Of a stretch of 64,000 bases of DNA, positions 28,318-44,255 are shown one piece after another. Numbering within the stretch: position 1 is the stretch's first letter; every line of letters starts with the position of its first letter. Below the pieces are notes generated by a model that saw nothing but the letters and a program-made list of their open reading frames with translations, searched no databases and was not told the DNA's origin. Both the position numbers and the translations under genes were made by a program. Origin of the DNA: Eledone cirrhosa (lineage: Eukaryota); NCBI GenBank assembly GCA_964016885.1, contig OZ024741.1:226548001-226612000 (forward strand), in the 5' to 3' direction.

Positions 28318-28535
28318 AGGCGGTGAGCTGGTGGAATCATTAGCACAACTGGCGAAATGCTTAGCGGTACTTCTTCCGTTTTTACGTTCCGAGTTCAAAT
28401 TCCGCCGATCTCAACTTTGCCTTTCATCCTTTTGGGGTCGATAAATTAAGTACCAGTTGTGAACTGGGATCGATGTAATCGACGGAACCCTAAACCCTAA
28501 ATTTCATGCCTTGTGCCTATAGTAGAAATGATTAT
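28318..28535 (+). mobile_element. tRNA-derived SINE, diverged subfamily
   Basis: ggcggtgagctgg head, gagttcaaattcc, actttgcctttcatccttttggggtcgataaa core. Confidence 0.8.
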
Positions 28536-28657
28536 AACTGGTGAAAATCATCATCCACCACCACGTTTGGCTCACTGTGCCTCTACTCCAGGACGTAATG
28601 GCCCTTTTATGTTCTTCAGTTTGAGACCCCTCTTCTACACACACACACACACACACA

Positions 28658-28750
<93 letters not shown>

Positions 28751-28995
28751 TTTACTTTTTTTCTCTTTCTGGACTACGCCCATGCTCGAATGTAACCTTC
28801 GTTAGTTATGGGGATGTCAAGAAACCAACAAGCATTGGTGGGAGCGCAAAGACACACACAGACATATATACATATATACGACGGGCTTCTTCTAGTTTCA
28901 GTCTATCAAATCCACTCACAGGGCTTTGGTCGGCCCGGGCAGTGGGACTGAACCTGGAAAGATGTGGTTGGAAAGCAAGCTTCTTGTCACACTGC

Positions 28996-29116
<121 letters not shown>

Positions 29117-29343
29117 CAAATTAACAATGAAAATAAAAAGAACAAAGGCAAGTTACTTTATAAATTTGTTTTTATTTTTATTGTTGATTTAATACCTAAT
29201 ATCTGACTCTGATTTTAAAGAATTAATTCAGCGAAACAGAACTTCTCTATGGATTTTACAAAATTACATTGAATTCTATCCAGAGGTAGACCAGACTGAA
29301 AAAAGAAAATATATATATGTGCGTGTCTGTGTGTCTGTGTGTG

Positions 29344-29431
<88 letters not shown>

Positions 29432-29449
29432 TGTATATATATATATAGA

Positions 29450-30110
29450 AGTGGTTACACAACAGTTAGTTCACCATACCGAGAACAATTGTTTCACCTT
29501 AGCGGATCCTCAGCTCGTAATGGACATGGTTATACGGAACAGGAAGGACAACCGTACGAACGCGCATGCGCAGAAACGATCACTTCACACAGGCAATACT
29601 AAATTGCGTGCGAGCGTTGTAAGGGAGATAACTACGAAAGTCCGAAAAGTTTCTAGTTGGTAAGAAAATTAGGATGTTGTAATTCAATCCAGAGCTTTGT
29701 AGTTATGTAAGAGGTGTTTCCAGACGTGTGGACAACGTGTGAAGAATTCATTTCTCGTGTTTAGGCAATCACTATTGCATAATCTTTTTAGAATATTTAT
29801 TCGTTATATCAATACATAGTCCACACGACGGATTGCCCCTTGCGTATGACTTGGACTTAATGATGGTTTTCCATTGAATGGAGTAGTCTATACTTGAGTC
29901 CTTGAGGGACCATACGTGGCTCGCGAGTTTCGTGGATGAACGGCTGTCCGGGTACCTAAAGGTCGACTGTTGGTTCAGGAAGCGTTCCTTAAATTGGCCC
30001 TCCGCCATACCCACATAGGATTTGACCTCCTATGGTTGATTTGGTCGGTTGGAAGTGACCACAGCGGGTGTGTTGCATTGCTGTTGAAGGGGACATATGC
30101 CCCCCGTTGA
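29450..30110 (-). mobile_element. Penelope-like 3' fragment: GIY-YIG remnant (29772-30100) plus terminal region with hammerhead (family I, 29480-29517)
   Basis: YVGMAEGQFKERF..HVWSLKD..WK..CGLC; minus cgag-CTGAGGA-tccgctaaggt-GAAAC-aatt-GTT-ctcg. Confidence 0.85.
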
Positions 30111-30282
30111 GAACCTTTGCTCTAGACGAACAAATTCCAGAGACAATCATGTAACCACCGCAGTCTAACTATTGGTAGCTTAAAGAAAACATTTATGCAT
30201 ACAACGTTAGCTGTTATAGCAGATTCTGCATTGCTTTTACCAGATAAGAGGCATGTATATAATAAAATCTGGCAGACGTCAG

Positions 30283-30530
<248 letters not shown>

Positions 30531-30860
30531 TATATATATATATATATATATTGATTATTTGTCTAGTTAATTCCTACAGGCTAAGAGGAAAGACTGGATA
30601 CATTTTATCTGGCTGTTCCTCGCAGAAAATAGTCTGTATCATTTGTCTATTATTTCTTCGAAGTTACATTTTAAACTTATAGCTCCGTTTAATTGATTAT
30701 TTATGTAGTTGATTTCTATGGACTAGGGTGAAGAAAGATTGGATATATTTTATCTAATAATTGTTCAAACTTGCAATTTTATATATAGCTCTGATTAATA
30801 ATTATTTGCTTAATTATTTGCTTAATTATTTGCTTAATTATTTGCTTAATTATTTGCTTA

Positions 30861-31050
30861 AGGGCGGTGGATTGGCAGTATCGGTAGAGGGTCGGACGCC
30901 ATGCTTTCCAGCATAGTTACGTCCCTTTACGATCTGAGTTCAAATCCCGCCGAGGTTGACTTTGCCTTTCATCCTTACGGGGTCGATAAAATAAAGTACC
31001 AGTAATGCACTGGGTAATTGCTGGCCTTGTGCCAAAAGTAGAAACAATTA
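30861..31050 (+). mobile_element. Young tRNA-derived SINE (short subfamily), best-preserved copy
   Basis: A-box-like tggcagtatcgg, B-box gagttcaaatccc, core gactttgcctttcatccttacggggtcgataaaataaagtaccag; TSD attaataattatttgctta. Confidence 0.92.
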
Positions 31051-31175
31051 ATAATTATTTGCTTAATTATATTTTTTCATTGAGCCACACCGTGAACGGT
31101 AGCCACACTCATATATGTATTGTATCTGTGTATATGTATATGTCTAAATATAAACATATATCCCTATGATATCAT

Positions 31176-31229
<54 letters not shown>

Positions 31230-31236
31230 ATTTTAT

Positions 31237-31500
31237 CTCGGATTCAATTGGGGTAACCACAGGTAAGTAAGGTACTCAATACATAGTAGAGTATTTTTCT
31301 GCCTTTCTTACTCTGAATATAGTTTTTAAAGGATTCGATTTTCGTTAAATCCATCAACCAATGACCTTCACCCATCCAAATCACCACCCTCTCCTACCAG
31401 CAGAAAAAGTATAAATGCCACCATATTACTTAGACAGTCGGCTTCCTGATGATTTCTCCCGAATGAAACAGTTCTAGTCCTGTAGAAGCCATTTCCATAT
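31237..31500. mobile_element. Family D copy with tail and intact hammerhead at 31440-31490 (plus)
   Basis: ggcttc-CTGATGA-tttctcccgaat-GAAACAG-ttctagtc-CTGTA-gaagcc. Confidence 0.78.
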
Positions 31501-31503
31501 TAA

Positions 31504-31535
<32 letters not shown>

Positions 31536-31559
31536 GCACACACAGACACACACACACGC

Positions 31560-31647
<88 letters not shown>

Positions 31648-31868
31648 TCTGAGTATATGTTGGTTGTTTACCGAAACCTCAGTATGCAGATGGAGCACTC
31701 GACGTAGTACGCAGGTTGGTTTGGTCACTCCGGCGTAATGTAAAATAAATTATATCATTCCAGCTCCTCAGAGAAATAACAACCCAACCAGGAGTTGGAC
31801 ATATCGGAGTATTGACGGAGTAAAATACTTTAACAACATGTGTACCTGTTTCTACCACACCAATTCGG

Positions 31869-31923
31869 ACTGCCTGAAGAGGTCACAGCCAATGATGACT
31901 GTCACCGAAATATATATAGCAGT
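31869..31923 (+). ncRNA. Minimal type I hammerhead (family J) in a TA-flanked ~330-bp element (31645-31972)
   Basis: actgc-CTGAAGA-ggtcacag..ctgtcacc-GAAA-tatat-ATA-gcagt. Confidence 0.78.
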
Positions 31924-31994
31924 ACATCTTGAATAAACGAAGCCAAATTTTAAATATTCTACTTAATTACTTTATATATATATATATATAAATA

Positions 31995-32091
<97 letters not shown>

Positions 32092-32181
32092 CGAAGAAAA
32101 TGTGGTAAGGAACCAGGTGGACCATAACGCACCAAAGTACTCAAGATTTAGGGTAGTAGATGGGTAATAGGAACGAGTAGG

Positions 32182-32277
32182 ACCCCGACGGCTGAGTTCA
32201 AGCCGTTTCGACGGCTAATTCTGGACTAAATGAACATTTTTATCCTGGTATATGAATAGCCGAGCTTCTCAGGGGGT
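32182..32277 (-). ncRNA. Hammerhead-like motif with non-canonical core (family E); mirror copy at ~35818-35913 has GAAA changed to AAAA
   Basis: acccc-CTGAGAA-gct-cggcta..tagccg-tc-GAAAC-ggct-tgaactc-agcc-GTC-ggggt. Confidence 0.6.
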
Positions 32278-33458
32278 AATTCCATATATGGTAAAAGTGA
32301 TTGTCACAAGGATTGGTCAAAAGTTTGTTGTTGAGACACATAATTCTATCATGGCAATTTGTGGAAGGGAGGGGTAGCTGAACCTGCCAGTAGAAGAAAG
32401 AGGGAGAGGGCGTGGAGGAAACCCAGTCGTGCGTTGATAGTGCCAACTAGAGCAGGGCAGGAGGTCAAGAAAGTATACTAGGGAGGTGGAGGGGAGGAAG
32501 TCGAAACAATAAGTAAAACAATATGGGGTAAATATATAGAAAAATACCGAGAATGTTAAAAAAACAATTAAATATAAAAAAAAAACAATTTCTGGTTACT
32601 ATAACCTAAGAACAGCTATCAAGTCTCTCACTGGTACTGCTAGACTAAAGAAAGGTGTACTAGGTGGGACGGAATTATAATGAGACCCTTTTAAGAGGTA
32701 TTAGTAATCAACCGAGTATATCTTACGGTGACGGGTCAACAAGTGGGGGGCCAAAATACTAAAAAAACTACTACGAAATAATAATTCCGAGGCCTGAGAC
32801 TAATACGAAATAATGGTTTCTACCCTAGGCACAAGGCCAGCAACCACCTAGTGCAAAAAATAAACTAATACGAAATAATAATTCAGAATCCCGAAAAAGA
32901 ATACTAATACTATCTCTAAGGGTGCCGCTACGATACAAACATTCTAGTGCAAACTACATAAATGCTCGTACGAAGTATATGAAAAATTTGATACGGAAAA
33001 TTAATTCAGAATCCCCCCCCCCCCCCCCACCCTGAAAAAAATACTGATATACGAGGAATTAAAGCAAAGATACCACTAAGAAATGTAGAAAGCACGGGAA
33101 AGGGGCAGCCATCGGATAAGAAGGCAAGTATCCGGGGTCTATCACATCTGCTATAAAAAGCGGAGTCGGCCAATTCTATCATAGAATAGGGGAAGGGCTT
33201 GGGGGTACTGAGGCTACAAAGGATCGAGGGGCTACCTCGGGTGGGCGAGAAAGTGAAAAGGACGACGACAAAGAAAGAGGACTGGGGTGGAAGGACTAGG
33301 GAGGGATGGGGGAAGAAAGAAATATAGAGGAAGCGATAGAAAGATATAAAAGAGTTGGCTCTGGAAAGTATGCTCCAAGTGAGATCATAGGTAATATTGT
33401 TATCCTTGAGGTCCCAGATGTGGCTCGAAAGTGTAGTGGCGTGACACCGGGCCGGGTT

Positions 33459-34365
33459 TCAGAAGGTATGTCTGTGTTGGTATAGCCGGGTCTTGAAGTG
33501 ACATGCGGTTAATCCTATATAAGCTTTGTTAGAGGTGTCCGTCCTTACGTTGCACTGGTAGATCACATTACGATCTTTGCATCTGTTGTCGAGGGGGCAA
33601 ATGGATCCTTCAGGACAGTTGCACCTCCTGGTCGGCTCCCCACTGCTATTTAGGTTATTTCTTCCATAGGGGTTGAGTTTTTTGTTGTTAGAAGAGACGA
33701 TGTTTTGTGCAAAGTTTTGTGTGGTGCTGTAAGAGAGTTTGATGGTATTTTTGTTAATTATGTTGTGGTAGCGGTGTTGTAGTGGGAAGTGTTTTTCAAT
33801 GAGCCTAAAGAAGATTTTCCCGATAGGAGTTGTCACCTCGGTATTGTGAGGAGGATTGAACCATGTTACATTGCGTGAGCGGCGGTGTCGCCTGCTGGTT
33901 CCGCTAATGGAAGCTGGACAGTAGGATATTTCCTCCCGGAAACCACTCCGCTTGAGGGCCTGGTTGTAATAAGGCGCATGTTCCTCGAATATCTGCTCAT
34001 TAGCGGACAAACGAGATATGCGGAGGGAGATGTTTTTAACCAGGTTATTGGTGATGTTCCTAGGATGGTTTGATCGGCGGTGGATGTAGTGCAGGTTGTC
34101 GTTGGGTTTCCTGTATGGGTAGTACAGATCATTATCGAGGTCAAGGGTAACGTCCAGGATGTTTACTCGGGTCAGGGATGTTTGTAGGGTTATTTTAAAT
34201 CCCCAGTCGCGGAAGAAGCTGATTAATTGTTTACAGACCCGGTCTGTACTACTGGGGTTGTACCCTTTAAGGGTAAGGAGCCCATCATCACGGTACAATC
34301 CACCGCCGAATGCAGGAAACATATCGGTGAGTTTAGCTAGTAGGAATAATCCTATAAGATCTGTG
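33459..34365 (-). pseudogene. Penelope-like RT C-terminus and GIY-YIG N-half
   Basis: GGLYRDDGL, ILDVTL, SNHP, WFNPP, NTIKLSYST, CNC..CPL..C, VIYQC..YIG. Confidence 0.92.
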
Positions 34366-35923
34366 ACTTCAAGACCCGGCTATACTAACACAGACATACC
34401 TTCTGAAACCCGACCCGGCGTCACGCCACTACACTTTCGGGCCACATCTGGGACCTCAAGGATAACAATATTACCTATGATCTCACTTGGAGCTTACTGT
34501 CCAGAGCCAACTCTTACACGGGAGGTGCAATTTATGCTCGGAGGAAACTTTACAAATGCTGTTTTCGACGGACCAACTCATAAACAAGAAAGATGAACTG
34601 GTAACTGCATGCAAACACAGATTGCGTAGGACTTACCTCGCCCTCAAACCCCATAACGACCCGGGGGAGGTATACAAGGCCTATAACACCCCACTTGCCG
34701 ACTTTGTAATGGGTAACCTCTGCTTGCAAAGGTAGACGTAAGATCTTCTTTTATATCTTTCTATCGCTTCCTCTATATTTCTTTCTTCCCCCCATCCCTC
34801 CCTAGTCCTTCCACCCCAGTCCTCTTTCTTTGTCGTCGTCCTTTTCCCTTTCTCGCCCACCCGAGGTAGCCCCTCGATCCTTTGTAGCCTCAGTACCCCC
34901 AATCCCTTCCCCTATTCTATGATAGAATTGGCCGACTCCGCTTTTTATAGCAGATGTGATAGACCCCGGATACTTGCCTTCTTATCCGATGGCTGCCCCT
35001 TTTCCGTGCTTTCTACATTTCTTAGTGGTATCTTTGCTTTAATTCCTCGTATATCAGTATTTGTTTTTTTTTTGGGGGGGGGGGGGATTCTGAATTAATT
35101 TTCCGTATCAAATTTTTCATATACTTCGTACGAGCATTTATGTAGTTTGCACTAGAATTTTTGTATCGTAGCGGCACCCTTAGAGATAGTATTAGTATTC
35201 TTTTTCGGGATTCTGAATTATTATTTCGTATTAGTTTATTTTTTGCACTGGGTGGTTGCTGGCCTTGTGCCTAGGGTAGAAACCATTATTTCGTATTAGT
35301 CTCAGGCCTCTGAATTATTATTTCGTGGTAGTTTCTTTAGTATTTTGGCCCTCCACTTGTTGACCCGTCACCGTAAGATATACTCGGGTGATTACTAATA
35401 CCTCTTAAAAGGGTCTCATTATAATTCCGTCCCACCTAGTACACCTTTCTTTAGTCTAGCAGTACCAGTGAGAGACTTGATAGCTGTGCTTAGGTTATAG
35501 TAACCAGAAATTGTTTTTTTTTTATATTTAATTGTTTTTTTAACATTCTCGGTATTTTTCTATATATTTACCCCATATTGTTTTACTTATTGTTTCGACT
35601 CCCCCCCCCCTCCTTAGTATACTTCCTTGACCTCCTGCCCTGCTGTAGTTGGCACTATCAACGCACGACTGGGTTTCCTCCACGCCCTCTCCCTCTTTCT
35701 TCTACTGGCAGGTTCAGCTACCCCTTCCTTCCACAAATTGCCATGATAGAATTATGTGTCTCAACAACAAACTTTTGACCAATCCTTGTGACAATCACTT
35801 TTACCATATATGGAATTACCCCCTGAGAAGCTCGGCTATTCATATACCAGGATAAAAATGTTCATTTAGTCCAGAATTAGCCGTCAAAACGGCTTGAACT
35901 CAGCCGTCGGGGTCCTACTCGTT

Positions 35924-35974
<51 letters not shown>

Positions 35975-36900
35975 ATAATAAATGTGAAGAGTAAAATCCA
36001 TTATAGGAACAGACTCTCGGCTAATAAGGAAATGTTTAATGATAAGGCTAAATACTATAACGATGCGTTAAATAGAGCAGGTTACCTTGATAAAATTGAA
36101 TATATAGATAAAATACAAATGCACATACATCTTATGATAAAATCCATAGCATAAACCATAGAACTACACCAAATCAATCATATAATAGATATAACTCCAA
36201 TAAGCCTAGTAAAAGAATCCACTCTCGCTTTATTTTATGGTACTCTCCACCACTATCACTTGGAATCTGGAAAACCTTTGCCTACGTATTCTTCAATGCT
36301 CTTGATTAATGCTTCCCCAAAACTCATAAATATAGTAGAATTTTCATAGACATGGCAATTAAACTCTCATACTCAACCACTATATATATTGCCTAAAATA
36401 TAATTAAAATTAATAATAGAAATCTCGGAACTATTCATACGGAATTAACCCCTAATGATAATCAGGCAATCACTAATAGTATAACCCACTCCCCGATTAA
36501 CAACAATTATACCAATAACTCGAACTATGAAAACAGAGTGGCATCATTAAATAACAGCGGAGGTAATTACAATTGTAAACACAGTTACGCTTGCCCATTA
36601 AATAATAACTGTCTCGACCGTAATCTAGTTTACAAATGCATTGTCAAAACAAAAAATAAGTCTTATAATTATAAGGGTGCTACTTCCTCTAAAATTTAAG
36701 GAAAAGTGGTATAATCAGCGCCATACGTTTAAGAGAGAAGATAAGTTATTCTCTTTCTTGGCAAAACCTCTCTAACGCTTTACTTTATATAAATTCTTCA
36801 ATTTCTAATGGTTGTAACTTATGTACCACTGAAATTCTTTATATTCTTAAGAATAGAAAAATAATTATTAGTAAAAAATATGAGATATTTAATTCATGGT
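35975..36900 (+). pseudogene. Heavily decayed AT-rich Penelope-like fragment
   Basis: RLSANKEMFN..YYNDALNRAGY; IKLSYSTT; NCK..CPLNNNCLDRNLVYKC. Confidence 0.75.
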
Positions 36901-38044
36901 TCTACCGTTTCTCAAAATCGTTCCATAGTGTCTTTAGTCAAGTTTTAAAATAGTTTACAAAATTAATAGATATTCCTTTATATATAGTTTTAATTCTCAC
37001 TTCTACTTATTCTCGAATACATTTAACATTTTTAATTAAGCTTTATTTATAAAAAAAAAAATTTAAATAATAAGATACGTATTACTCCTTTATATTTAAT
37101 TGATTTTCTATTTTCTTAAAAAATCTAGACTATACGACTAAATAAGTTAACTAATTTCTTCCTCCGTTATTTTTCTCCATTATTTTCTCCGATTAGTTTT
37201 TCTCTCTTATAATCATCCTCCACTATAATTTTTCAGCTACTTTAAATTTAAGTTGTATCTAAATAAATTTAATTTAATAGTATTTGATAAATTCGGCCAT
37301 AGTGCATGCAATTTTTTCTTTCCAAATAATTGTATAAAGTTTTGATATCATCTACTTAAATAACATTGTTGAATTTTTAACATAGATAATTATCTCCCTT
37401 CTTTTAAAATAAATAATTTAACACATAAAATTAAAGCATACTCAGCTATATATATATATACTTTTAAAGAGAATATAAAAAGAACCATGTCAATTATTAT
37501 ATACTTTTCTTCTCAATAATTTCAATATTGTAGTATACATAAACAAATATAGCTTACCTGCAAATTCTATAATTCAAATTCTTTCCCCTTTATTATTATA
37601 TTTTTATAATATTTTTCTTGTCATACTAAAATATGTTTTCCTTTGATATAATATATACTTTTGATTTAATACTTATCTTAAAAGATTATAAGCAAATTTA
37701 AGACTAAATAACGGTCAATTTTTTCTTTTTTCACCAATCTAATAACGCTATCTTTTAAATAATTTATGAAACGTTTAAACCAACTGTACTGCTTTCTCTC
37801 AATCACGTAAGCCCCCTATGTGCTGAGTTTTTTCTAGTCATGTGCTTGGTGGTCACCGATCTGTCCAGTTCGTTTGTCTACCAGCATATCAGGAAAACAC
37901 TTTCAAATTTCTATGTATTTTAATATTTTAATACTTTACATCTTCGAAGAATCTATAATGAAATAAATAGAGATAATATAAAAATATAAAGTATATATCT
38001 TTCGTTTATTACTATTATTATCATCCTCATCATATATATATATA

Positions 38045-38081
<37 letters not shown>

Positions 38082-38104
38082 ATATATATATATATATATA
38101 TAAG

Positions 38105-38925
38105 CATAACAAGACGAAATTTCACATGAATGTTTTTATTGGTTATCGATCAGTTACGAACGTTTTACAGCCAGTGCTATTAGCATACCCCGTGAGAAAG
38201 TTGAGAATATTCTGCTCAATCAGTTAGGCATGATGATAGTTTCTGCTCGGCTGATACCACGTCTTCTGATCACATCAAGGGAATATCTGACATTGTTTGA
38301 ATCAGATCCAACTGGTTTCCTTGAACTTTTCCTAACCTAGGATGAATGTTAACTTCATCAATGTCAGTCTGAGAAAAAGAGACTTCATGCAGTGGAAACA
38401 TCCCTCCTCGCTTACTCTAAAGAAGGTCAAGGTCGTTTCATCTGCAAGGAAGGTGATGGGCTCAGTTTTTTGGAATACAAAAAACATTGTGTTTGTTGAC
38501 TATCTTCAAAAGAAACACACCATCAATAGAGAGAGCTATGCCAACAGTGCTGAGGCAGTTAGGAAAGGCTATCAAGACCAGATGCACAGGAAAACTGATG
38601 ACAGGGGTTTCGTTTCATCAGGATAATGCTACAGTACACAAGTCCCTGGTTTGCATGGCTGCTGTACGTGACTGAGACTTTGAATTTTTTGATGCCCCTC
38701 ACTATTCTCCTCATTTGGCCCCAACTAACTATCATCTCTTCCCTAACATGAAATAAACACTTGGCTGGGAACCAGTATCGCAGTGATGATAACGTCATAT
38801 CTATTGTTGGTGACTTTTTTTTATCAACAGGATCAAAGCTTCGTCCTCAATGGGATTCAACCACTGCAACGCCAATGTAAGAAGTTTTATCGACCGTAAG
38901 GAATACTCAGCTGAAAGATAAACAT
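38105..38925 (+). pseudogene. Mariner-family transposase relic
   Basis: QWKHPSS..KVMGSVFW, VDYLQK..TIN, HQDNA..H, HYSPHLAPTNYHLFPNMK (YSPDLAPxD-like). Confidence 0.85.
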
Positions 38926-38960
<35 letters not shown>

Positions 38961-38963
<3 letters not shown>

Positions 38964-39173
38964 CGTTTCTGAATTTGTTTAGCAAGATTCTTTATCTGAA
39001 AACGTGTGTCGAAACCGATATTGTTATACTTTAGGAGGGTCATGTTGCCAATAAGAACGAGTTGCTTTCACTCCAATTTATTATAAATTAAAATGTTTTT
39101 AATTTATAATAAATGGGAGTGAATGGAACTGGTGCGTGTGTTTCTTATTGGCAACATGACCCTCCCAAAGCAT

Positions 39174-39181
<8 letters not shown>
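38961..39181. mobile_element. Family F mini fold-back (tail plus ~75-bp arms, no hammerhead)
   Basis: 38961-39017 is the reverse complement of tail 19888-19945. Confidence 0.82.
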
Positions 39182-39224
<43 letters not shown>

Positions 39225-39472
39225 CAATTATGTATAAAATGATAAAAATGACTGTTTCAGGAATGTCCTGATCGTTTCTTCCGAATGAAACGGTTCTAGT
39301 CCTGCAGAGGTTGTATCCATAATAAAATAAATATGCCTATACTCTAATAAGGTATTGACAGTACCTTTTTAACTGTGTTCACCTCCTGGCATCGGGAGTC
39401 CACATACTCACATGCGTGCACACATACAGACACAGATACACACAGACACACACACACAGACACACACACACA

Positions 39473-40780
<1,308 letters not shown>

Positions 40781-40789
40781 TATATATAT

Positions 40790-41260
40790 ATATAAGTATG
40801 TATACGTACATACATATATGTATACAGACGTACAGTAGTATGTATATATATACATGCACACATATGTATATGTACGTATGGATTCATCGAACATTTATTA
40901 TAATGCTCGGTGTGTTTGTAAACAAACATCCCGTATTAAGCCGTAGTGTCTAGCAACCTTCGTTGCTCGTTTGTTCAACACTGACAAAGGAACGTTGTAC
41001 TAGTTTCAAGCTTATTAGCTATCGTCAGCAACGTATACCTTCCTGCCAGATGATTGAACGTATGAAAGTATATACTTTCCTTATGCATATTAACGGCTGA
41101 GTAGCCCAATTTGCATATCGAGTGGGTTAATCGGCCGGGTGCACCGAAAACGATATACGGAAAAAATGAAACGAAATTTCATTTCCCACTCTTAGTACGG
41201 CTGTTACTTAAATATAAGTATGTATACGTACATACATATATGTATACAGACGTACAGCAG

Positions 41261-41265
<5 letters not shown>
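40790..41265 (-). mobile_element. Family A unit, inverted; hammerhead at 40992-41034
   Basis: Helix I acgttg/caacgt, core intact. Confidence 0.85.
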
Positions 41266-41354
<89 letters not shown>

Positions 41355-41356
<2 letters not shown>

Positions 41357-43041
41357 TTATGTTTCTGAGGCAATCCAAATTGAATCGACATGGGAACGGA
41401 TGAAGTTCGTGCTTTTGGGTTTTTCATCCGTTCCCTTGTGAGTACCAATTCACCCCCACCGGTCTGCGCAAGCGCATGTCCGAAGGAAGTTGACCATTAG
41501 CCACCGCAGATTTAAACGAAATTCGCTTAGTCAGTTCACCCTCTCAGCCAAACAATGGCCCACCTATGCCCTACCAAAGTTTACTGCTACCCATCACGAT
41601 TGTGGAAATCAGTCGAAAGCCAGAGGGGATGGGAGGGTGTTAGTTTTTATAGGTCATAATACTACCTCTCACCAAGCGTTGACAGTACGACTGACCATCA
41701 ACTCAAAAGGGAAAATAAACTTAATTCTAGGTATCATGGTTTTACATTGGAAGTTAAGAGTGAGAGTTGGAAATAAAAATTAAAGATTAAAATCCTAAAT
41801 CAAATATCAGAGATTATAAATTAAACAATTAAAAAATTAAAAAATTAACAATTAGAAATTAAAAAAATGTTTTCAAGTGATAATTCGGATTGAGGTGAGT
41901 AAAAATATAGATTGAAGTGATTAAATAATATGGAGAGAGATGTTTAAGTAATAAGTTCTGAGAGGGATTGTAGTGTCACAGTTACTCTATCCACATATTG
42001 AACGACAGTGCCGTTCATTATAACGGAGGGCAAACTACAGGGTTCAAGGCATTAGTCAATCTGGTACACAGTCATAATTTCCATCACATGGAACAAAATC
42101 AAAGAAAAATAAACATAAAGTACACAAAAGAAAAGAACAGAACCAATAGTGAATAAATGCAAAAACACAGAGTACATATATGCAAAATGATCCATATGAT
42201 TGTCCATCTGTCCATGTATAGATTGAATTGAGGGGGCTTCTGTTCAAATGCCATTTGGTGCAGGAAAATAGGGGTTTATCTTATTTTTTGTTTCCGCGTA
42301 TTTAACCTGCCGAAAGTTACTATTATGTCCGTCCAGTGTCAGGGGTTTCCATCCCCATGGTAGAGGGAATTTCCGGGGTAGCTGATGGTTGGTTCCTCTC
42401 TTCTCCACCATATCGGTTACATCATAGAGCGCTCAACTAATTGGAGCTAAATTATTAGGGTAAACATTGATGCAATTCAATTCAAGCACTCAACGTACTT
42501 TTTCCACATAGGAGTGACGGAGTAAATATCGAATAAGGAAAAGCGAAGTAGTTTCAGATGTTCAAGTCCTTTAATAATAATGCTGTGATATATATTTCAA
42601 TGACGACACTGGCCACACTGTTCTGTGTGCGAGTGTCGTGTCATCATCAGACAGCTTGTTACATAATAAGGTTATGTTTCCGAGGCAATCCAAATTGAAT
42701 CGACATGGGAACGGATGAAGTTCGTGCTTTTGGGTTTTTCATCCGTTCCCCTGTGAGTACCAATTCACCCCCACCGGTCTGCGCAAGCGCATGTCCGAAG
42801 GAAGTTGACCATTAGCCACCGCAGATTTAAACGAAATTCGCTTAGTCAGTTCACCCTCTCAGCCAAACAATGGCCCACCTATGCCCTACCAAAGTTTACT
42901 GCTACCCATCACGATTGTGGAAGTCAGTCGAAAGCCAGAGGGGATGGGAGGGTGTTAGTTTTTATAGGTCATAATACTACCTCTCACCAAGCGTTGACAG
43001 TACGACTGACCATCAACTCAAAAGGGAAAATAAACTTAATT

Positions 43042-43045
<4 letters not shown>
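41355..43045 (-). mobile_element. Family B, ~1315-bp unit plus partial tandem copy; hammerhead at 42582-42655
   Basis: 41355-41730 repeated at 42670-43045; minus gctgt-CTGATGA-..acgacact..agtgtcgt..-GAAA-tatat-ATC-acagc. Confidence 0.82.
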
Positions 43046-44240
<1,195 letters not shown>

Positions 44241-44255
44241 TATATATATATACAC

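Larger units (their letters stand above)
32091..35928. mobile_element. Family E Penelope-like element as a large head-to-head inverted insertion in (TA)n
   Basis: Arms 32167-33499 and 34366-35928 are reverse complements; unique middle encodes RT on minus; 76-nt tail only on the left. Confidence 0.92.
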
